Positions 55,601 to 64,000 of a DNA stretch of 64,000 nucleotides are shown piece after piece; the stretch's first letter is position 1, and every line of letters begins with the position of its first letter. The stretch comes from Moniliella sp. 'wahieum'. Taxonomy: Eukaryota. The notes below the pieces were generated by a model. It ran no database searches and was not told where the DNA came from. It was given only the letters and a program-made list of their open reading frames with translations. Location of the stretch: the NCBI GenBank assembly GCA_003971905.1, contig RSEE01000083.1, positions 186,001 through 250,000 of the forward strand, in the 5' to 3' direction. The position numbers were made by a program, and so were the translations under genes.

Positions 55601-56380
55601 AGCACGTCGGCCTTGGTTCGTGCGCCTACCCTGGCTGTTCAGTACGATCCCTCGCCGCAACTGCCCCAGTGGCAGCCGACGACACGTAGCCCAGGCACTG
55701 TGGGACGCACTCTTGTCCTTGGCCGGCGTACCCAGTTCGGAACAACTCTTTGAGCTGGACCAGCTGGTGCACCAGCTCGACCCCCCGGACCATCCTCTGC
55801 GCGCCAAGACGGAGCGCATCCGTACCCTTCGATACCAGTTGCACGAAACGATGCTCGCTTCGAACCTGGAGCATGTTCCTGTCTCTTTGTGCGCCCCGAT
55901 CGGGAAGGAAGGGTGCGCAAACCGCACCCACACCCGCACCCGTAACCTATCCCCCGCGTCGGATGTTGGAACGGGACGATTCCGACAAAACGTGGTCCCA
56001 CCGGACCGCGACGGCAGCGCCCGGCTGCGACGCGCGTCCTGGACAATGTGGTGGACAGCTTGTTGGCGGAGCTGCATCCTGGTCCCGCCCAACCGCTGTT
56101 CATGGCCTTCATTCTGTGCGACAGTTGCTTTGAGTTGGTCGAAGGGCCGTGGTTGCGGTGTGTCAACTGTACGGCGTTCGGTGGACTTGTGTGCGCGGTC
56201 AGATGCGGGCGGAGCACGATGGGTCGCATGTGCTCGCTGTGTTCAAGCAGTCTGTCGACGCGGAACAGATCAAGGCTCTGGTCAACCAAGCTCCTTCCTC
56301 CCCGGCTCACAGCAGCAGCAGCATGCACCCCACGCTCCAGCCCCCACAGCGCCATCTTGCCGGGCAACTTGTTTGCGTAG
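52621..56380 (+). CDS. PB1 domain + multiple ZZ zinc-finger protein (NBR1/p62-like selective-autophagy receptor candidate)
   Basis: N-terminal LVVKC...FDLSYTDDDGEVCE..CEADLEDALAFF fits the PB1 Lys plus OPCA motif. ZZ-like units at ~54120, ~54500, ~54840 (H.GV.C..C...VRVHCASC...DFCSVC...HTQQHICLKI), ~55435 (RCSWC...VRYLCARC...HDP.HIFLKI) and ~56110 (ILCDSC..LVEGPWLRCVNC...HDGSHVLAVFK). Confidence 0.75.
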
Positions 56381-56752
56381 AAAACCGATCGCAGTGGCTC
56401 GTGACTAGCCATCCCCTTCCTTCCTTCTTAGTATCCTACCTTTCATCTTTCTCCCGTTTGTCCTCCCTCTCCTTGTTCCCATCCTCCCTGTCGGCTCCCA
56501 TCCAAACGCCTGTCCCGTGCCAGCGGATGCAGGGTGCGTAGCGCATCAGGACTGCCCCTGCACCTTCCCACACGGTGTGTTGCCCTTCATCTCCCCAATC
56601 CAATACCTCGTTTGACTCGGGCCCCCAACTAGGTCAATTCATACAATGGCGAAGAAAATCGATGTACGCTGAACAGTCGAAAGGACGGTGCTGTACTTTT
56701 TTCATTTCGCAATGTCGCCTGAAGAATTTGAAGCTCGAGCGCGAGCGGTCGA

Positions 56753-58947
56753 ATGACTCGACTGACTCCGGACATGCGACTACCAGTGTCGTCGATCACC
56801 TTCCGCCACTGCTCGTCCGCCCGCCTTCCCCTCGATCCTCTCCGCACGCCCACCTCCGCCCTGCGCCCACACACCCCACCCCTGCTTCCCGCACCGAGGG
56901 ACGGCCACCCCCTTTCCTTTCTCGGGACCCACGCGCCGCTGCCTTCGCCTCGACTTGGACGTCAGCCTCCACCTCAGCAACTTCCGCGCCTCGAGCCTCT
57001 TCTCCCCCCACCTCGGTCCCCCCCTGTCCCTCGTGACATGAGAACGCGCACCGACATCGACCTCGGCCTCGAACCGTCGAGGCGCAGATCGCCAGCTGCT
57101 CGACGATACGTGTCAATGGATTCAGGCTACCCGCCCGGTTCTCTCCCCGGACCTGGAGCCGCAGCCTGACGCGGACGGGAAGCGTCCTCCCTCCGCGGCG
57201 AAAACTGCAGCGAACGAGTGGAAGTGAGAGGCGCGTATTGCCGGTGGGGTGGGTGCGTGACAAGCTGGCCGGCCGTGCTTTCGGACGACATGGATGTTTC
57301 GCTTTCGAGTTTGACCGGCTTCCATTTCGCCCACTATCTCAAGCTCTACTGAATCGGACACGTTCCATCGTCTCGGCTCTGTGCCCAGATCGCCGCTCTT
57401 CCCGACCAGCATGGCAAGGCGCAATGGGGATCATTAGCAAGATTGAAGCCAACCCCGAGCAGAGCAAAAACCTAGAGACTGCCACTGTGGGTGTGCTGGG
57501 CCGATCGCTCGACTTTGTCAACCTGCGCAAGGAAACGTACCTCAAGGACAGTCGGATCCCGATCCAAGAATTTGGTACGCCCGTCGAGGATGCCCAACGG
57601 CGGGATTGCACCATCAACGCACTTTTCTACAATGTGCACACGCACCAGGTGAGGACATGACTGGCAAGGGCTGTTGGACTTGTCGCGCGGCTGCATACGT
57701 ACCCCCTCGAACCGTTCCAAACCTTCGAGGACGACCCGCTGCGAATCCTGCGCTGTGTCCGCTTTGCCAGCCGATTCGCATTCAACTTCCACCAGGACAT
57801 TACCGACGTCCTGCTCGGCCCGCGTGGCACGCACTTACGACAAGAGTTGGCCTCCAAGATCAGTCGGGAACGGATTGGGATTGAGACGGACAAGATGCTG
57901 CGCGGGCCATACCCTGGGATTGCGTTGTATCAGTTGCATAGGTTGCATCTGTTCCCCGTCGTCTTCCGCCCGCCTCCGGAGCAGGACGGCTCGCCTTCTC
58001 CCTTGTATTTGCCCAACGCTACCACCGAGCCTGTTGCGCCATTGCGCTCGGATCAAGAGGCAGTGGCGATCTCCGAGCGATTGGAAGGCATCTGGCGCCG
58101 TGCAGCGCGAGCCCGCGAAAAGGGTACCCCGCCTCCGTCTCGGATCGCGCCTCTGTTTGATCCGGAGCAGCGACGCCGGCTGTTTTATGCCGCGGCTCTG
58201 TGGCCGCTGGTGGGGCTGGTGACATGGACCCATCCTGCCGAGACCAAGGCGAAAGCTGGACAGAAGACGGCGAAGGCGAAGCGCAGTTTGATCTCGGCCA
58301 CTGAGAGCGTGTTGCTGGAAGGCCTCAAGCTCGGGGCGAAGCAGACCAAGGAACCTGTCGAGGCACTGTTCAAAGCGCTTGTGGCGCTCGCAGAGTTCAA
58401 GGCGTGGGAAACCGCGGCGGTGCAACGAGGCGATCAGCTGGAAACGATCCAGACCCAACTCTACTTTATGTTGCGCAAACCCTGCTTTGTCAACCCGACA
58501 TACTCCCTTTCCCTGTTTCGTGCGGCCTTCTTCTTTGCTGCGCTCGCCCATGCCCATTCCGGGTCCACGGACTCCGACTCCGACTCCGGCTCCGACTCCC
58601 ACCTCGCCCCCACCGCGGACCTGGACCGCTGGTGGACCTGGATCGAGGAGCTGGATATGGTAAGGCGGGCGAGCGAACGACCACTGTTGAATGGTCTCCA
58701 GATCCAGCAGCTGGTCGGCTTTGCGCCAGGCCCACTCATCCCGGCCATCCAACACCACGTGCTGGAATGGCAATTGTGGAACGTCGCTGCTGACGCTGCC
58801 GCCGGCCCGTCTGCCTCCGCCGTCGCAGCAGCCCAAACGTGGTTCCGTACCGCCTGGGACGCAGGCACCGTCTTACCCCCCGACGAGTGGCACGCGCTCA
58901 GGCAGCCGCGGCAGCCAAGGGCGCAAAGAAGACCAAAAAAAACTTAA
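56753..58947 (+). CDS. CCA1: tRNA nucleotidyltransferase (class II CCA-adding enzyme)
   Basis: RIAGGWVRDKL, DDMD (DxD), EANPEQSKNLETA, DFVNLRKETY..DSRIP, DAQRRDCTINALFYN, FEDDPLRILRCVRFASRF and KISRERIGIE. Confidence 0.94.
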
Positions 58948-59198
58948 CTAGCGTGCCAGGCAAGTGGACGCGGGAATGGTGACGCTGTGACGCTGTGACG
59001 TTTTGACGCTCTGACACTTGAAGCTGGATGATGGCAGACGTGCCGGGCGCAGGCGGCGCGATGCGGGCAGGAGGGACGCCGTGGAGCGGGCAGGATCAGT
59101 TCATCGGCATGCATCTATCGTATATACGCATCTTAGTACTATCGATCCATCTCTACGCAGACGGTTAGTTCCCATGGGATGCACATAATTAACGGCCG

Positions 59199-60534
59199 TC
59201 ACGCAAATGCCCCAGAGGCAAGATGCTGCGATGGATCCGAGTTCGGGTTCTGAGCGTACTGGCTAACGGTGGGAACCCGGGAGGCAAACAGGACAAAGCA
59301 CACAAGGTGGGGGTGGTTATGACCAAACATCTTCATCCTCGTGCCAGTTGTATCGTGTGATGTTCGTCTCGACACCGCCACGCCATACCATGCTAGCGGC
59401 TCGGCGTACCCTTTGGGTACAGATGCACGGAGGTTAGGCTGCTCTTCCAGATTGCTGATACCGGCCGAGCGTGAAGATGGCTTCACGGTGTCTCTACGGG
59501 GCATCCGTGTTGCGATTGCGGTTATTCCCGCGTTTGTTGGTATGGGGGTGACCGCCGTGGGAGCCAGTCTCGCAATCGGGAGCCGCTGGGAGAAGCGCAA
59601 TGTCTTGTTGACTTCTTCCATGCTCAGGACTCTAGACGAAGACGGTCCTTAGGGTCACGCAGACCCCCGATAAGAATGCGGCGGTAATGTTCGTCGCCGG
59701 CCGGGCAGATGCAGTTGATCCGGTGTTGAAGCTGGGTCATCTCGGATAGATACTCGCTCCCACTCCGTCGGGTTTGCCAGCAGTGGAGATGGCGGACACT
59801 CAGCTCGTGGAATCTCACGCTGTCTACATTACCGTATCGGTTGCGCAGGACGCGAAGCAGGTCGTGTGTAGTGTCGACGTTGCCCTCGTCGATGATGAGG
59901 AAGCGAACGTCGAGGGGGAGGCGGTACAACAGCAGGTTCGTTAGGTGCATGTCGAGGAATTGGTCGTATTGGTCCGACGAGCGACCGGATTGGACAATTT
60001 CTTTGACGATGGGGTGGATGCGGTGCAAAATGTCGACGATAAAGGATTCCCAGGTCACGTATTCGACGGGATCGTTCAAAATAGTCTTGAAAGTGTTGTT
60101 GAGACGCTCGATCTCCTTTCCCGCTCCTTCAACGCGTAGCGGAGGTCAGCCCTGTCCTCGCTCGTGAGCGCGGGGGCTGCTCGGGTAGATCCCGACTTGG
60201 CCAGTTCGGTGAGCACATAGTCCTCCAGCGCATTGGTGAGCGTGTAGATCCACTGGTCCATTCCGCCGGGGGCTTTCTTGTTGTTCGACGCGTACATCGC
60301 AGTGTGTGCCTCGGTCGCCGTCGAGCGGCACAGGGCATGCAAGCTCTCGCTGCTCGTTTGCGGAAACAGACGAACGCTTGCCAGGAGGTTGGCTCCAGCA
60401 TCAGCGTGGACCTGTTGCCAGAGGGGGTCCGAGGCGGGGGTGGAGGCGGACTCGCTGTGGACGGTGTGCTGCACATGTTTGGTTGAAGCAGCACCGGGGG
60501 GCGGCGTCTGCTGCATGGCTTCGTTGGCAGACAT
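59199..60534 (-). mobile_element. Stand-alone Ty1/copia Gag-like ORF (~440 aa after two 1-nt repairs), no pol and no LTRs
   Basis: LNDPVEYVTWESFIVDIL resembles the copia Gag N-terminal L-x-G-x-NY-x-x-W motif. HDLLRVLRNRYG...RFHEL...Q...SGSEYLSEMTQLQHRI...ILIGGL...LSMEEV follows the Retrotran_gag_2/UBN2 pattern. A degenerate knuckle-like TRMKMFGHNHPHLVC lies near the C-terminus. Confidence 0.65.
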
Positions 60535-61007
60535 GGTGGTGGTGGAATTTGGGGGGGGACTAGTGACCAGGGACGTGGGCACGCCAGGACTCGGTCAGTG
60601 CGGGGCAGTCGGTGACGCGTGATGCGTGACGAGCCAAGGCATGCATCATGCATCATGCACCATGCACGGGGCGGGGGATATCAGTCACACGCCACGTCAC
60701 GTGGTCGTGCCCGTGAGCATGCGTAGGGTTAGCGCTTTGCTTGAGCGCAATTCGATCGGCACCTCTGCTCTTGTTCGCGCCATCGGCCCGCCATCGCATA
60801 AGCAACCCTCATTGATCACCCATCACCCAACGCGCCAGCCACCCCCACCGCTCGGCCCTGCCACCACCCGCACCCGCACCACCTTCCCCGCTTGCAACCC
60901 CTTGCTAGCACCCGCTACGCCGCCCTCGCCGCCCCAAAAGTCAGCCCCCCCTTCTTCCTCCCTCGCAACTCCAACACCTGCAGCTGTCACCCCCCCAGTT
61001 ACGCGCC

Positions 61008-61338
61008 ATGCCGATGCCCGCAAGCCCAACGTAAACGAGATGAAGCTTCGCCGCCTCACCGAGAACAATGCGCGGCTTCAGGAGGACCTGCGTCGGCCGC
61101 GCATCAAGGTTTCTGAAGCCAGCCAATCGTACGTGGATCTGCTCCTCTGGTTGTGCTTTGCGATCTGCCATCTAACCCCGCTTGGCTACTTTTGGCTGCC
61201 CATCAACCCAGCTTGGTGGCCTACTGCCAAGCCACGCACGACCCCCTCATCCCATCCGTTTGGGGTACTGTCGACAAGAAGGACGATCCCTATGCCCCGA
61301 AGCAATCTACTGCCGGATGCGAGTGCGTCGTCATGTGA
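61008..61338 (+). CDS. STE18: Heterotrimeric G-protein gamma subunit
   Basis: EMKLRRLTENNARLQEDLRRPRIKVSEASQS, intron 61129-61211, then LVAYCQATHDPLIPSVWG...DPY...CECVVM* (GGL domain plus CaaX). Confidence 0.93.
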
Positions 61339-63485
61339 GGTATATGACGGGGTTACTTCGGTTATGACTGCTAGGCACCTAGCCCAAAGGCATGGTTACC
61401 CGCTATGTCCACTTTCTCCCCTCGCCTAACCTAACCGAGGATCAGTCAGGCTTGAGCTAGGCTCCATCGGTTGTCTTAAAAGCCTCGCCTTCCCATTTCC
61501 CGCCTTCACGCTCGGAAGTTATCTGTTTGTCGGCGTCTTTCGTCACTGGTGCCGAGATTGTCCTTCCTGGGAACTCCTTCTACCTCGCGCATTTCTCTTT
61601 GATACCATCATCGTCTCTTTCCCTATCTGATCTGATCTTCTCCCAGGAGCATCTCTCCTACAAATCGGTCGTCTACGCCCTCATTCCCCTTCGTTTAATC
61701 TCAGACCTCATGTTCCCTTACCACCTTCCAGAAGATCTATCCCTGTACACCATTGTCCAGCCATTGTTGTCATCTCCAGCAATGGCCAAACAAACTGTCC
61801 TCTCTGTTTCCGCCCCTTTTCTCTAACCTACGGCGATAGGTAGTTTTAGCAACAAGAAGCAATTATCAAGCTTCAAGCATTGGCTGCGTATGTATACAGC
61901 TCACGTCTAGTTTCTGTACACAAGAGGGAAGAAAAGGTATAACTTCGGCAGCGGTACTGTGGTCCTATCGCCTCCTTAGAGCATACTCCCCTCCCAGTAC
62001 GGCAGCCATGTACATCGACGCTTGCGCATCTTAGTAGTAGTCCTGGTCTGGAGAGGAGGCGAATCGACGGTCTCCCGTCTCGCCGCTTGGACAATACAAC
62101 AGGAATGGGCCGAATGAGAGAGTGGCAAAACTGCACCTGGCCGAAACAGCCGGTGCCCAACACCATGCTCGTCCGCTCGTGCATTGACCTCCCCCTCCCA
62201 CCCGCCACCACGCACCGGACAAACGTATGCATTGACGGTCATGCATCATGCCCGAGGCATGCTGTCACATTGATACCATCGGCGCCGGTATAGTCAACTA
62301 TAGGCAACGTTGCCAACTTAGCTCCCGCTAAGCCCGGCCCCAAACAGCCCACACCAACATCGGCAGCACGGTCCAGTGCACCTCCTTGAAGCAGACCAGG
62401 GAAAACGCACCAGCGCCCCAGGCAGGTGAAGTCCCCCACATGGACGGCACCAGTCGACCTTTGGATGGGATGGGCATCGTGCTGTCGAAAGCCAGCGTCA
62501 TGGTCTGCGGTTCAAAACAGATCGGGACCGAACACGGGGCAAGGCACATGCCGATCAAGACGGCGCAAAAGGCCAAATGGAAGCACTGCGTACAATGGGC
62601 TAAGGTCAAGTCCCGCTTTTGGAGTAAGATGCGCTCTGGATAAGGGGGAGAGAACAGCGCAACCAGGCCTTCTTGTCATAGTCCCGAATGAAGACCGAGG
62701 GGAAGACTTCCAAGAAGAGGGAGATGACACTGAGTGCCGTCGTGGACCAAGACCAATGAAATGCAGAGACCAGAAGCATCATAGGGTCCAGAATATGAAG
62801 AAGAGGAATGCGCTTGATGAACGCCCCTCCGGTGATGAGGGTATAGTGGAAACAGGGGGGGTTGAACGACGACGAATATCGTCATCCGAGCCGCCTTCCC
62901 TGGCCGGCTCTTCTTGCAGACGATGGGTCATGCTGTTGGCCGCTTTTTAGTGCCCATTGCGGGCAGAGGGGTGACGGGGGGCTGGCTGTTTGGGTGCTGC
63001 TGTTGCGGTCATCGAATCGAAGAGGGAAATTTTTGATCTCACCAAAGCGACCGTACTCAGAGGTCTCTCAAATGGTTGCATTGCCAGAAAACTTCGACCC
63101 TCCGCTCGGAAAAGAAATCACTTGTGCCTATGCCTTTGCTCGGGAGATCCAATGGCTCCATTTCTTGTAGAGGCAAAAGGTGAGGGCTACGGGGGCGGAG
63201 AGCGACAAGGAACGCAGGCTGATGGGGATGGAACAACCCCGCAGGGCATCGTTCCCGCGCCGGCTGGCTCCTCAGATGAGGCTCAACACTCGGCGGAAGA
63301 CGCGGCGGAACGGAGGGAGTTTATGGGGTGTGGCGGGCTGGCCTGTGCGCGCGTGGGAGAGGAGCAGAAGCCAACGCGGCCATATATGCAGTTTAAGTAC
63401 CCACAGCAACCCAGCCGCAGCCGGGACGCCGCCACCGCACCTCCAAGTCTTCGCCCCGCTGCTCGGTGCCGGCCGGCCGACCAGG

Positions 63486-64000
63486 ATGCGCGTCTTTGGC
63501 GCCCACGACGGCGCGCTCCTCTCTGTGGACCAGCCGCTGGCTGCCTTCCCCACCACCAGCGCCCTCGCCGACGTCGTCGCTCTCGCCACCGGCATCGTAG
63601 CCGACGCAGTCATCCTCCTCACCCAGGACGGCGTGCAAGTAACGGACGAGCTGCTGCCCCAGCTGCTGGCCGAGCCCAGCGCCGACCCCGATCTGTTTGT
63701 CTTTTCTCGCCTCATCTTCTCTGCCGAGCCAGAGACGGTCGCGCCGTCGCTCCAGAGCGCGGTGGTGCTCCAGCCTCGGCTGCCTAGTACGTTTGCTCAC
63801 CTCTCTCTTGCCTGACAGGCACGGCGTGCGACCAGGCTCTGACTCTGACTCTGACTCTGACTCTGACTCTGACTCTGACTCTGACTCTGACTCTGACTCT
63901 GACTCTGACTCTGACTCTGACTCTGACTCTGACTCCTCTGCCTCACAGCCATCCCTATCTTCCGCCCACCGACGCCCAACGCGCTGCACGAGTTGGTGAC
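63486..64000 (+). CDS. ATG11: Autophagy scaffold Atg11, 5' end (runs off the right edge)
   Basis: MRVFGAHDGALL...VVALATGIVADAVILLTQDGVQV...LFVFSR matches the pattern of the ubiquitin-like N-terminus of fungal Atg11 as I recall it. Intron 63787-63948, then an open frame IPIFRPPTPNALHELV. Confidence 0.7.
63837..63935 (+). repeat. (GACTCT)~16 hexanucleotide microsatellite inside the first ATG11 intron
   Basis: Perfect array, bounded by the GTACGT donor at 63787 and the CTCACAG acceptor at 63948. Confidence 0.95.

Noticed and set aside
60105..60135. Programmed ribosomal frameshift at the junctions of the Gag-like ORFs
   Set aside because: No canonical slippery heptamer is evident, and the shift density equals the background indel error rate.
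61008..61338. G-gamma gene as a sign of a mating-type locus
   Set aside because: No pheromone, STE3-type receptor or homeodomain genes are recognisable in the window.
61900..63200. Possible minus-strand gene fragments between the G-gamma gene and ATG11
   Set aside because: Some protein-like stretches, but no family, start or consistent frame could be established.
63393..63999. Poly-SD / poly-ES / poly-QS ORFs resembling adhesin repeats
   Set aside because: They are translations of the intronic GACTCT microsatellite; the Atg11 frame resumes cleanly after the 63948 acceptor.

Overview
A gene-dense, GC-rich eukaryotic window with short GT-AG introns. It is most consistent with a basidiomycete fungus of the Ustilaginomycotina type, inferred from the form of Top1, Atg11, the G-gamma subunit and an MP88-like protein. 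Nearly every gene, including normally essential ones (NOP14, DBP8, CCA1), is broken by several 1-nt indels, which points to an unpolished long-read assembly. Gene ends are therefore approximate and pseudogene status cannot be judged. Gene order: Sec7 ArfGEF (partial, -), an intronic snR63/U46-type C/D snoRNA in an apparently non-coding host, TOP1, RWD-IMPACT, Rictor/Avo3, NimA-like kinase, pepsin-like protease, two divergent Hsp70s (-), NOP14, DBP8, NDUFAF3-like, UNC-93-like MFS transporter, a third Hsp70 (+), MP88-like GPI mannoprotein, Pcl-type cyclin, PB1 + multi-ZZ (NBR1-like) protein, CCA1, a stand-alone copia Gag-like ORF, G-protein gamma subunit and the 5' end of ATG11. Main points of interest: (1) three SSA-derived Hsp70s with a locally homogenised ATPase domain, divergent substrate-binding domains, no PAYFND Asp and no visible EEVD tail; (2) two of these form ~3 kb inverted-repeat arms around ~11 kb of housekeeping genes; (3) a solo, LTR-less and pol-less copia Gag ORF that may be domesticated; (4) a snoRNA in a spliced, apparently non-coding host.
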